Part shown: piece by piece, positions 1 through 8,387 of the stretch
How the letters are laid out: the number at the start of each line of letters is the position of its first letter
How positions within the stretch are numbered: the first letter of the stretch is position 1
NCBI GenBank assembly: GCA_963836235.1
Contig: CAWIIP010000002.1
Span: 928,001 to 992,000, forward strand
Direction of reading: 5' to 3'
From: an uncultured Pseudomonadota bacterium
GTDB lineage: Bacteria > Oederibacteriota > Muellerivitia > Muellerivitales > Muellerivitaceae
DNA length: 64,000 nucleotides
Program-made: the position numbers and the translations under genes
The notes under the pieces: generated by a model
Database searches by the model: none
Told to the model about the DNA's origin: nothing
What the model saw: only the letters and a program-made list of their open reading frames with translations

Positions 1-1
1 A

Positions 2-634
2 CGGTTCCGTTGTCGTGTATTCAGTTCAGGGAAGGTCCTTTTCTTCAACTTCCTTGATCCCGAAACCGTTCAATACCTTGGTATTGAAAACGATCCTCTT
101 TTTAAACTCATCGCCTATGACAAGGGTTCACAAATCCGTCGCTCCGCATCCTTTCAGCGCTTTTTAACCGAACATCCTCGCCGCCAACTCATCGAGGATT
201 TCTTCAATGCTACTCTTCGGTTCGAACTTAAGCTCGATTCCTGGCAATCAATCCGTTTCTTTTTCAGGCTTCCAATAGCCCCTGGCCCACCCCTTCTCTT
301 TGAAGTTTTAAATTCGGATAAGTATCCTCTGGCCGAGGCGTTCAACATCATCCGAGGTAACCAATCGGATGTTGTGCTCGATTCCTTTCCAGCTACGACC
401 CTATCAAAATCCCGTGGAGTTATTACTCAACAATGGCTCGATGCTCTAATTATCCGCCTCAACTATGACATCCAACTCGTTTTCGCCCACATAAGAGCCA
501 TCTTCAAAGGGCGTCCCACACGGCTTGAACGACTCGCCCGTGAACGAATCCGTGTTTTAAAGACAACCGCCTCCCAAGTCCAAGCACCACTGATCTTAAA
601 CGAAATTGATTCAATGCTCGCTGGAGGATTTTGA
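2..634 (+). CDS. Putative rolling-circle replication initiator, Rep_trans/Phage_CRI-like (5' truncated by window edge)
   Basis: Frame is open from nt 2 to the stop at 634 (the track ORF 374..634 is only its tail); manual translation gives KLIAYDKGSQI and TLRFELKL, resembling the YDK and RxE motifs of Rep_trans-family initiators. Confidence 0.55.
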   Translation, partial: RFRCRVFSSGKVLFFNFLDPETVQYLGIENDPLFKLIAYDKGSQIRRSASFQRFLTEHPRRQLIEDFFNATLRFELKLDSWQSIRFFFRLPIAPGPPLLFEVLNSDKYPLAEAFNIIRGNQSDVVLDSFPATTLSKSRGVITQQWLDALIIRLNYDIQLVFAHIRAIFKGRPTRLERLARERIRVLKTTASQVQAPLILNEIDSMLAGGF

Positions 635-876
635 TGAACGACAAGGAAAAAAGCCCCATACCATCCACGAGCCACAATACGAAACATTTAACAGTCAATG
701 AGGCGGCAACATTTCTGGGCATCGCCCCTGGAACTCTTCGGAATTGGGTTTCCCGTTCAAAATTCGTTGCCGACCCTTTGCCTTTTTCGAAATTCTCAGC
801 GAGATGTTTGCGATTCCCAGCGGACCAATTGAAGGACTGGGCCGAACGACGGAGCAACAGAGGCGGAAAATGTTAG
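631..876 (+). CDS. Excisionase-like HTH_17/AlpA-type DNA-binding protein
   Basis: LTVNEAATFLGIAPGTLRNWVS helix-turn-helix and LRF...LKDW tail; overlaps upstream Rep stop; near integrase. Confidence 0.85.
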   Translation: MMNDKEKSPIPSTSHNTKHLTVNEAATFLGIAPGTLRNWVSRSKFVADPLPFSKFSARCLRFPADQLKDWAERRSNRGGKC

Positions 877-1100
877 AGGTCTTTGAAGAGGTCCTGAAGA
901 TTAACTTTAAGAACCTTTGCAATTGCGGCCAGAACGTCTACCGAGGCAACCCTATGTCCCTGCTCAAGAAAACCCATATAGTTGGGAGTCAAGCCTACCT
1001 TGTCGGCCAACTCTGCTTGACTGAGACCCCGTTTGCGCCGCTCCTCCGCTATAGAAGCTCCAATTTTGCAATACAGAGTGTTTTTCTTGGGTGTTTTCAT
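873..1100 (-). CDS. XRE/HTH_3 family repressor (C-protein-like)
   Basis: IAEERRKRGLSQAELADKVGLTPNYMGFLEQG motif, 75 aa, divergent from integrase. Confidence 0.9.
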   Translation of the reverse strand: MKTPKKNTLYCKIGASIAEERRKRGLSQAELADKVGLTPNYMGFLEQGHRVASVDVLAAIAKVLKVNLQDLFKDL

Positions 1101-1133
1101 TGGGGAAAGTATATTTCCTATCTGAAATCCTTA

Positions 1134-1159
1134 ACACTGACTATATGTCAGTGTATAAT
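1134..1159. promoter_or_regulatory. Palindromic operator ACACTGAC-TATAT-GTCAGTGT abutting the TATAAT -10 box of the integrase promoter
   Basis: Perfect 8-bp inverted repeat 1134-1141/1147-1154 in the XRE/integrase divergent gap; TATAAT at 1154-1159. Confidence 0.7.
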
Positions 1160-1189
1160 AAATTTTAAGTTTCGGAAAGGCAGTGTCTA

Positions 1190-2467
1190 ATGGCAACATT
1201 TCAAACGAAGCCGGATAAACGAACAGGCGGAATTAGAGCTTTCGCCGTCACTTCTATTATGGAAAAAGGAAAACGCTCCCGTCAGTGGCTTCCCCTTGGG
1301 ACGTTCCCTACAACCAGAGAAGCAAAGTCAGAATTTAATCGTGTTTCGGAACGTCTGAATCGGTATAAAGTTCTGGAAATTCATCAAGAAAGACTCGACG
1401 CCAAACTTATTCCCATCCTCACCGAAGCAATTCCCCAATACTTTACAGCCGTGGAAGGGATCAAACTTAATTCTTCGAAAGGTTTGAAGCCCTATCGTAT
1501 TGCTTTAAGCCACACTTGTCGCCTTATGGGCGATCTAAAACTAAATGAATTAACTCCGATCAGAATCGAGGGTTACATAGCCACCCGGCGTAAGGAAATA
1601 ACCTATAAACACATTCCAGTTGGGATAAAAACTGTCATGAACGAAATCGCTCAGCTTTCCAGCCTTTGCGGTTGGGCAGTGAAAAACAAGATATTGAAAA
1701 ACCATCCCTTTACCTCCCCTCAACAACTCCTTAAAGACTATTTTCCAAAGGTCGAGAAAAAGCCTAAGAACTACCTTAACCAAGAAGAACAAATAGCCAT
1801 ATTGAAGGCCTCAGAGGAAAGTCCATACGCCCGCACCATAACCAGCCTGCTTTTATTCCTCGGAATTCGACAGGGTGAATTGGCCGGATTGCGCTCTGAC
1901 GACGTTGATCTTACCCGTCGTGAAATCACCGTTCGTGCAGAAAAAACCAATGACTACAGGATTATTCCCATAGCAGGGCCATTGGTCCCAGTATTGGAAA
2001 AGCTCAAAACTCATCGTCCCGCATTTCGCAATTGGTACCCCAGGCTGACAAAACATAAGGTTTATCTAATTTGTGACGAGGAAGGAAACCCTGTTGCCGA
2101 GCCCGGAAAGCAATTGTTCAAAGACCTAGCGGTTAAGGCTGGCATCACCAAGAAGGTACACCCGCACCTTTTCCGCCACACTTTCGTATCCAACATGAGG
2201 GCGGCAGGCCTCTCGCCCTATGAGATTCAGAGCCTCACAGGCCATAAGAACGTAAGTACCCTGGAAGGGTACGGGGTCAACGCCCCTATCGACCTATTGA
2301 AGAAAATAGAGCGGGCTTATCCTGCTGTGGTCGCAGTTGAAGCCAAGAAGGTAGAAGAAAAGGTAGAAAGCCGCATCGTTCGAATAGGAACCCCAATGAA
2401 TTGGGGTACAAAAATGGCTGGGGCGGTAGGATTCGAACCTACGAATGCCAGATCCAAAATCTGGTGA
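1190..2467 (+). CDS. Tyrosine recombinase / phage integrase
   Basis: GIRQGEL (R), HLFRH (HxxR), LTGH and terminal Y catalytic motifs; 425 aa; last 17 codons overlap tRNA-Gln antisense. Confidence 0.95.
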   Translation: MATFQTKPDKRTGGIRAFAVTSIMEKGKRSRQWLPLGTFPTTREAKSEFNRVSERLNRYKVLEIHQERLDAKLIPILTEAIPQYFTAVEGIKLNSSKGLKPYRIALSHTCRLMGDLKLNELTPIRIEGYIATRRKEITYKHIPVGIKTVMNEIAQLSSLCGWAVKNKILKNHPFTSPQQLLKDYFPKVEKKPKNYLNQEEQIAILKASEESPYARTITSLLLFLGIRQGELAGLRSDDVDLTRREITVRAEKTNDYRIIPIAGPLVPVLEKLKTHRPAFRNWYPRLTKHKVYLICDEEGNPVAEPGKQLFKDLAVKAGITKKVHPHLFRHTFVSNMRAAGLSPYEIQSLTGHKNVSTLEGYGVNAPIDLLKKIERAYPAVVAVEAKKVEEKVESRIVRIGTPMNWGTKMAGAVGFEPTNARSKIW

Positions 2468-2489
2468 CTTACCGCTTGTCGACGCCCCA
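2415..2489 (-). tRNA. tRNA-Gln(UUG)
   Basis: Reverse complement folds as a cloverleaf: acceptor TGGGGCG/CGCCCCA, anticodon arm CCAGA-TTTTGGA-TCTGG, T-arm GTAGG-TTCGAAT-CCTAC, encoded CCA; 75 nt. Confidence 0.97.
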
Positions 2490-2604
2490 ATCTGAAACAA
2501 AAGCGCTGTTCTGGGAGGGGTGTTAATTTAATTCGGTCCGAAGGCTTAATCAAGCGTCAAATGAGGCCATTGAGGCTCCGGAAAAGCCGTGCTAACCTGT
2601 TTTT

Positions 2605-2811
2605 ATGAATGAAGACCTAACCAACGGCGCCCCCATCATCAAAAAACTTCCTTCTCTCCTTGAATTCGGGCAAAAGATGAAACAAAACGCCTATACGAAC
2701 GAATCGGAGGAACTTTTTTACACCTGTCCCCAATGCGGCCATGGCATGGTGACGAAAAAATGCAAGATCGTCTGCTATCACTGCCATTATTTCATCGGAT
2801 GTGTCGAGTAA
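2605..2811 (+). CDS. Small CPxCG-type zinc-finger protein
   Basis: CPQCG...CKIVCYHCHYFIGC Cys pattern in a 68-aa ORF (true start may be an internal Met). Confidence 0.65.
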   Translation: MNEDLTNGAPIIKKLPSLLEFGQKMKQNAYTNESEELFYTCPQCGHGMVTKKCKIVCYHCHYFIGCVE

Positions 2812-2825
2812 CTCGAAGCGGACGC

Positions 2826-3881
2826 TTAATTCTGATCAGACAAAGGATCTTTAGGATGTTTTGAATGGTGCTTTGCTTTCGAACCCTTCTTTTTCCCAGC
2901 CCCGCTTGGCAACCCCATCCCATCATCCGGTTTCGGGAATCCATTTCTTAAATCCGTCAAAAATTCAGTGACCACCTTTTCGTAAATGACGGGGTATTTT
3001 TTGTAGGTTTCCTCATGCCCCGCCTCGGGGATATAAACCAGCCGCCGGTGATGGGAGGAGGTATTTTCAAAGAGTTTCCGGACTTCTTCCGGCTTCGCCA
3101 AATCGTCGTTTTCTCCCGTGATATAAAGAACCGGCGTTTCATGGAGTTGTCCGACGACCGGCATCAGGTCCAGATCCCCCGGGGTCAGGGTAAGGCCCGT
3201 GATCAAGTCATAGGCCGCCAGGCACCGGTCCAGGAAGCCGGGCATCGAGGAAAAAGTACCGCCCATGGTCCGCCGGGACACGTAGGATTTGATATTGGCC
3301 AGCGGGCTGTCGGCGATCACCGCCTCGACCTCAGGGGCTTTGACGGCGGCCCGAAGGGCGCTGATGGCCCCCAGGGAAAAGCCGAAAAAAACCACCGGCT
3401 TCCGCAAGGCGTGTCGACTGTCCAGGTAAGCCTCCGCCGCCAGGTAATCGCCGGCCTCCAAAAGCCCTCCCGAAACCGGGCTATTGCCGCTTAAACCCTC
3501 GCCCCTTTGGTCGAAAAGAAGCGTTTGATAGCCCAAACGGAAGAGAAAGGCGGCCCGGCTTAAAACTTGTTCCCGGTTTTTGAAGACCCCGTGCGAGAGA
3601 AGAACCGTTCCCAGGGGCTTTTGGGAAGCTGGAACGGGGATCCACCATCCGGAAAGGGTGATCCCGTCCGAAGTCGTAAAGGAAACGTCCTCGTAATGAT
3701 CCAACCCATAATCCTTGGGAGTTTCCGTGAGAGCTTTACGAACCAGGGATTTGGCGGCGATGGACCGGGCCACCTTTCCCGGCAAGATTTCATAGATAAA
3801 CCCCAACCCTCCGGCCAAAAGGGCCAACATCAGCAGGATCACCCATTTCAAAGTGGACAAAGGAGAATGGTTTTTTTTCAT
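2826..3881 (-). CDS. Membrane-anchored alpha/beta hydrolase
   Basis: N-terminal TM helix, LSHG oxyanion motif, GFSLG nucleophile elbow, GENDD and AGH. Confidence 0.9.
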   Translation of the reverse strand: MKKNHSPLSTLKWVILLMLALLAGGLGFIYEILPGKVARSIAAKSLVRKALTETPKDYGLDHYEDVSFTTSDGITLSGWWIPVPASQKPLGTVLLSHGVFKNREQVLSRAAFLFRLGYQTLLFDQRGEGLSGNSPVSGGLLEAGDYLAAEAYLDSRHALRKPVVFFGFSLGAISALRAAVKAPEVEAVIADSPLANIKSYVSRRTMGGTFSSMPGFLDRCLAAYDLITGLTLTPGDLDLMPVVGQLHETPVLYITGENDDLAKPEEVRKLFENTSSHHRRLVYIPEAGHEETYKKYPVIYEKVVTEFLTDLRNGFPKPDDGMGLPSGAGKKKGSKAKHHSKHPKDPLSDQN

Positions 3882-3897
3882 TAATGAACCGCCATCT

Positions 3898-4773
3898 TTA
3901 ATGGGCTCCTGTCAAAACGGTTTGAGTAGTGAACACTGAATAACCCTTCCCTTCCATGTCCTTACCTATCTTCCGCGCTTGGGACGGGTTTTCGGCCAGC
4001 CCGAAAACGGTCGGCCCGCTTCCCGAAACAAGGGCGCCTAAGGCCCCGGCCTGAAGCAGTTGTTTCTTAATCGCTTCCACTTCGGGCATCAGGAAAAAGG
4101 TGGCGGGTTCCAATCCATTGAACAAAGACCGGCCTATTTCCCCCAAGCTTCCTTCCCGCAAAATCGCCTGAAAATCACAAGCCTTCTCTCCTCCCGTTAT
4201 CTCCGCCTTACCGGATTGATAGACGGAGAGGGTGGAAAGGCCTTCGTTGGGTTTGACGAGGATCAAGGAAATTTCAGGCCCCGGCGGCCAAGGCGTGATT
4301 TTCTCGCCCCGCCCCGTGCCGAGGGCCGTTCCGCCGGTCAAAAAAAAAGGGACGTCCGAACCTAATTGGGCGGCTAGCCCGCCGAGTCTCGTTTCCCCCG
4401 CTTGCGTTTTAAAAAGCCTGTCCAAACCCAAAAGGGTGGCCGCCGCATCGCTGGATCCCCCGCCCAAACCCGCCGCCAAGGGTATTTTTTTTCTCAGCCG
4501 AATTTGAACTCCCCGTTCTTCTTTTAAAATTTCACTAAAGAATAGCTTCGCAGCCTTGAGGATTAAATTGGAATCGTCCGCGACCAAAGGGGCGGGCGAT
4601 TCCGCTATTTCCAGGCCGAGGCCTTGCCCCTCTTCGGAGAAATCCAATTCGTCGTAAAGTCCAACCGCCTGAAAAACCAAGGCAAGTTCATGGTATCCAT
4701 CGGTTCTTTTCCCGAGAACTTCCAAAACCGGGTTGATCTTCGCGGGGGTTCGAAGGGTGATCGAAGGGGTCAC
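3898..4773 (-). CDS. ispE: 4-diphosphocytidyl-2-C-methyl-D-erythritol kinase
   Basis: PAKIN, RTDGYHEL, KKIPLAAGLGGGSSDAA, VSGSG motifs; GTG start at 4773 overlaps the upstream TGA. Confidence 0.97.
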   Translation of the reverse strand: MTPSITLRTPAKINPVLEVLGKRTDGYHELALVFQAVGLYDELDFSEEGQGLGLEIAESPAPLVADDSNLILKAAKLFFSEILKEERGVQIRLRKKIPLAAGLGGGSSDAAATLLGLDRLFKTQAGETRLGGLAAQLGSDVPFFLTGGTALGTGRGEKITPWPPGPEISLILVKPNEGLSTLSVYQSGKAEITGGEKACDFQAILREGSLGEIGRSLFNGLEPATFFLMPEVEAIKKQLLQAGALGALVSGSGPTVFGLAENPSQARKIGKDMEGKGYSVFTTQTVLTGAH

Positions 4774-6518
4774 AAATTGGGGGAAGCGTTCTTTTGGATT
4801 TTGGCGGAATAATCCTTGTTGTCGGGATCCAGTTGAAGCGCCTTTTTCCACTGGGCCACGGCGTCATCTTTTTGGCCCAGTTTGATGAGAACCTGGGCTA
4901 AGTGGTCGTAAATGACACCATCGTCCTTTTGCGCGCTTTTAAGAAATTTGATGGCTTTCTCGAATTGGTCTTGGGCATCCTTATAAAGCCCTTTTTGGTA
5001 ATAAACCCATCCCAAACTGTCGAGGTAATAGGAATTGTTCGGGTCCAGTTTCAAAGCGCCTTCGCAATAATTTTTCGCGTCATCCAGTTGGATGCCCTTA
5101 TCCGCGTAAGAGTACCCGATATAGTTATAAGCGTCGGCGTTGTCGGGCTGAACCGCGATGACCTTTTTCATGGCGTTAATCGCGTCGTTGAACCGCCCCG
5201 CCTTGTCCAGGAGGGCGCCCAAATTGAAATAGGCTTGGCTGAGCGTTCCGAGGTTATATTCCGGGGCCTGTTTGTTTTTATAGGCCAACTCGAGATCGAT
5301 GACTTTTTGATAGGCGGGCTCGGCGTCTTTGCTGTCGTCTTTTTCGTGGTAAATCATGGCCTGAACCAGGAGAAGGTCCGGGTGGTTCGGAACGGCTTTG
5401 AGACCGTCCGCAACCGTTTTTTCAACGTTGGCATCGTCTTTTTGTTTGTCATACAGCATCGCCAAGCGGACCCAGGCATCCACGGATTTTTCGTCGTTGG
5501 CCAGAATGGCTTTAAGCTGTTCCTCGGCGCTGGCGTATTCCTTCAATTCCTCATAGGCCGCCGCCAAACGGTAGCGCAGGAGCGCGTTGGTGGGCTGCTT
5601 GTCCAAAAGTTTTTGAAAAGTCGCGATGGCGTCGGAAAACTGCTGGAGTCTGAAATAGCAGAGACCGATGTAATCGTCCACGCTCACGTCCGAGGGCTTC
5701 AGTTTGGCGTAATGCAGGAAAGCTTCCAAGGCCTTGGGGTCGTCCTTGCTGTTGTAATAAAGCTCCCCCATGGCCAAATAAACCTGGGCGTTTTCCGGAT
5801 TGACTTTCAAAAGGTCCTGGTAAGCCGCGATCGCTTCCTGGGGTTTTTGGTCAAGCTCGTAGATCAGTCCGAGGGAGGTATAGGCCGATTCCATTTCGGG
5901 GTCCATCTCGATGGCTTTTTTGAAGGAGGCTTCCGCCTTGGCGGCCTGGTTGGACCGGGTGTAAATCAGCCCCATGTTGTAATAAACCGCGGCGGCCTTG
6001 GGATTCAACGCGAGAATTTGCTGATATTGCTCCAGGGCGTCATCGATGCGGTTTTGGCTGGCAAGAACCCCCGCCAAGTAATACCGGGCTTCGATATTTT
6101 CGGAGTCGCGCTTGATGATTTCCGAATATTCCTTTTGCGCCTTGCCATATTCCCCTTGGCTGGAAAAAAGATTGGCCAGCATCAGTCGGGTACTGACATT
6201 ATTGGGCTGAAGCTCAATGGACTTTTGCAGTTCCTCGACGCTCTTATAATCCAACCCTTCCACGTAATAATGGTAGGCCAGGCGGTCATGGATGGCGGAG
6301 GACTTGGGATCGTAACGGGCGGCCTGCTCAAACTCAATGAGGGACCGGTCCACGTCGTTCGTATGCTGAGCGTAGAGGGCGTTGACGTAATGCCAATAGG
6401 CTCGAGGATCCATCGAGAGGTCTTCCCCATCCACGTCCGCCAAAAGGAAATGGGGATGGACGAGCCCTAATCCAGCGCCTAGAAATAAAGCGCCGAGAAG
6501 ATAAATTATTTTTTTCAT
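4770..6518 (-). CDS. Exported tetratricopeptide repeat protein
   Basis: Signal peptide followed by many TPRs incl. NYIGYSYAD...YYLDSLGWVYYQKG; common neighbour of ispE. Confidence 0.93.
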   Translation of the reverse strand: MKKIIYLLGALFLGAGLGLVHPHFLLADVDGEDLSMDPRAYWHYVNALYAQHTNDVDRSLIEFEQAARYDPKSSAIHDRLAYHYYVEGLDYKSVEELQKSIELQPNNVSTRLMLANLFSSQGEYGKAQKEYSEIIKRDSENIEARYYLAGVLASQNRIDDALEQYQQILALNPKAAAVYYNMGLIYTRSNQAAKAEASFKKAIEMDPEMESAYTSLGLIYELDQKPQEAIAAYQDLLKVNPENAQVYLAMGELYYNSKDDPKALEAFLHYAKLKPSDVSVDDYIGLCYFRLQQFSDAIATFQKLLDKQPTNALLRYRLAAAYEELKEYASAEEQLKAILANDEKSVDAWVRLAMLYDKQKDDANVEKTVADGLKAVPNHPDLLLVQAMIYHEKDDSKDAEPAYQKVIDLELAYKNKQAPEYNLGTLSQAYFNLGALLDKAGRFNDAINAMKKVIAVQPDNADAYNYIGYSYADKGIQLDDAKNYCEGALKLDPNNSYYLDSLGWVYYQKGLYKDAQDQFEKAIKFLKSAQKDDGVIYDHLAQVLIKLGQKDDAVAQWKKALQLDPDNKDYSAKIQKNASPNL

Positions 6519-6534
6519 GGGATTTGGTTCCGGT

Positions 6535-6987
6535 CTAGATTTGTTTGATGGATTCGTTGGCTTTGCGCACGCGTTCGTTGGCTATTTTCAGGAAGAAGAG
6601 CAGTATTTTCAAGGCGGTCGAGGGCTGTTTCTCCAGCAGGGTATTAAAGGCTTTCTTGGTCATCACGAGGAGGCTGGATTCTTCCGCCACCCGGGCCGTG
6701 GCGGTGCGGGGCCGATTGTCGATCAAGGACATTTCCCCCAAGAACTCCCCTTCTTTCAGGGTGGCCAGGACGATTTCCTGAGAGCCGGTTCCCTTCTTCG
6801 TGATGTTGACGGAACCTTTGCGGATGATATAAAGAATTTCCCCCGTCATCCCCTCGACAAATAAGGTGGAGTTCTTAGTGTAGGCTTTCTCGAAAAAAAG
6901 CGGGGCTATATTGGCCAACTCGATGGAAGTCAGGTCGGCAAAAAGTGGCAAGGGTTTTAAGGATTCAACTTCTAATGGGGCGGCCAT
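6535..6987 (-). CDS. Stand-alone cyclic-nucleotide-binding domain protein
   Basis: GEFLGEMSLIDNRPRTATA cNMP-binding signature; no Crp HTH. Confidence 0.92.
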   Translation of the reverse strand: MAAPLEVESLKPLPLFADLTSIELANIAPLFFEKAYTKNSTLFVEGMTGEILYIIRKGSVNITKKGTGSQEIVLATLKEGEFLGEMSLIDNRPRTATARVAEESSLLVMTKKAFNTLLEKQPSTALKILLFFLKIANERVRKANESIKQI

Positions 6988-7073
6988 ATTGCCTCTTCAC
7001 AGGTATTGATGGATGGGATTATAGCACCCATTTCGGCCTAAACAGGCCTCTTCCAAGGGACTTGGGTCTCTTT

Positions 7074-8387
7074 TCAATTCTTCGACAGTATCTCCTGGGC
7101 CGCTCCAATTCCCTGTTCCATAGCGGATTCCATACTTCCATATTCCCAACGGCCATAACGACCGACCGAGAGGACCCGATTTTTCCGGTAAAAGGAAAGA
7201 AGGTCCGATACGGTTTGATCCCGGTAATCGTCGTAGATGACGTAAGCGCCCGGCAAATCCAAATCCACTCTCGTCACGATTTCTTTCCGGTTTTTGATCC
7301 ATCCCAGTTCCATCAATTTTTGAATGGCGTGGTTCCCCAGCTTTCGCGGGTCCGGCCTGGCCCCTCGGTAGGAGAATTCCACGTAAATCGAGGCATGCCC
7401 TTTGGGCGCCACGGTCGGGACGCAGGCGCTAACCGAACCCGCCCGGTGAAACCCGAATTCCTTTTCCGGGAAGTAAACCCAGCTATAAGGAACCGGCTGC
7501 TTGCCCCGAATACCCAAATTGATGTTGTAGATCGAAGTAGCCTGGAGGCGCTTGGCGGAACGGGATAAGGCAGGTGGAAGGCCGGAAGTCATCGCCGCCA
7601 GCCGGTTAAGGGGAAGGCTGGAAACCAAGGTTTTGTATTCCACTTCAAGCCCGCTGGTCAGGGTAGCTGTCCATTTGGACAAGTCCAGTTTTTGGATTCC
7701 CGCGCCCGTCCAAAGTTGGGGGAGGTTCCGGGCAATAGCCCTGGGCAGAATGGAAATGCCGCCTTTGTCCGGGTAAAGGAAAGTGGCGTTGTATCCCGAT
7801 TGGGATGCCTGCCGGTCAAAAGCGCCTTGAAGGACTTCCATAATACGGGCCGAGGGAACGAACCGTCCCATCCAATGGGTGGTCAGTTTTTGAAGCGGAA
7901 CTTTCCAAAGCTTCCCGTTGTAAGGAAACATGAAATGCTTGGACAAGCCCGGCCCGAAGGCTTGGAGGCACCAGCTTTTGAAATCCCGGGCTTCCCCTGG
8001 CCGAACTCCGGAAAACCTCTGGTGCAAGACGGCTTCCAAATATCCCAATACATTTTCCCGAATGGTGCCCGAAGAAAGACCGGCGTTGTTTTCCTGGTAG
8101 GGATATTCGCTGTAAGTCCCCTGGCTGTAAATGACCGCATGGCGGGTCCGGGTCTTCAATTCTTTTCCAACGAGATTGAGCACCCATTTTTTTATCTCAG
8201 GCTCATGAAAATGAAGAAAATGGCCGGTGTAATCGAAGGTAAAACCCTTGTCCAAAATCGTCCGGCAAAGCCCGCCCGGATTTTCTTCCTTCTCCACCAA
8301 TAAATAGGGGCTAGAAGCTTGGTTGAGTTCACGAGCGCAAGAAAGGCCGGCCAGTCCCCCACCGGCGATCAGGGTTTGGACTTTCAC
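7074..8387 (-). CDS. FAD-dependent oxidoreductase (protoporphyrinogen oxidase/amine oxidase-like, polysaccharide-locus type)
   Basis: GGGLAG Rossmann motif, PGGLCRT, FDYTGHFLH, GRYGRWEY. Confidence 0.85.
   Translation of the reverse strand: MKVQTLIAGGGLAGLSCARELNQASSPYLLVEKEENPGGLCRTILDKGFTFDYTGHFLHFHEPEIKKWVLNLVGKELKTRTRHAVIYSQGTYSEYPYQENNAGLSSGTIRENVLGYLEAVLHQRFSGVRPGEARDFKSWCLQAFGPGLSKHFMFPYNGKLWKVPLQKLTTHWMGRFVPSARIMEVLQGAFDRQASQSGYNATFLYPDKGGISILPRAIARNLPQLWTGAGIQKLDLSKWTATLTSGLEVEYKTLVSSLPLNRLAAMTSGLPPALSRSAKRLQATSIYNINLGIRGKQPVPYSWVYFPEKEFGFHRAGSVSACVPTVAPKGHASIYVEFSYRGARPDPRKLGNHAIQKLMELGWIKNRKEIVTRVDLDLPGAYVIYDDYRDQTVSDLLSFYRKNRVLSVGRYGRWEYGSMESAMEQGIGAAQEILSKN

Larger units (their letters stand above)
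1..2467. mobile_element. Right end of an integrative element or prophage inserted at the 3' end of tRNA-Gln (left end outside the window)
   Basis: Cluster of Rep-like ORF, HTH excisionase, XRE repressor and tyrosine integrase abutting and overlapping a tRNA gene; lower GC than the adjacent core genes. Confidence 0.85.

Noticed and set aside
744-1190. 148-aa + strand ORF before the integrase
   Set aside because: Overlaps the excisionase, XRE gene and operator; no recognisable features
4902-6470. 522-aa + strand ORF, and similar long ones such as 47786..49258 and 14175..14978
   Set aside because: Entirely antisense to well-supported genes; typical high-GC shadow ORFs without motifs
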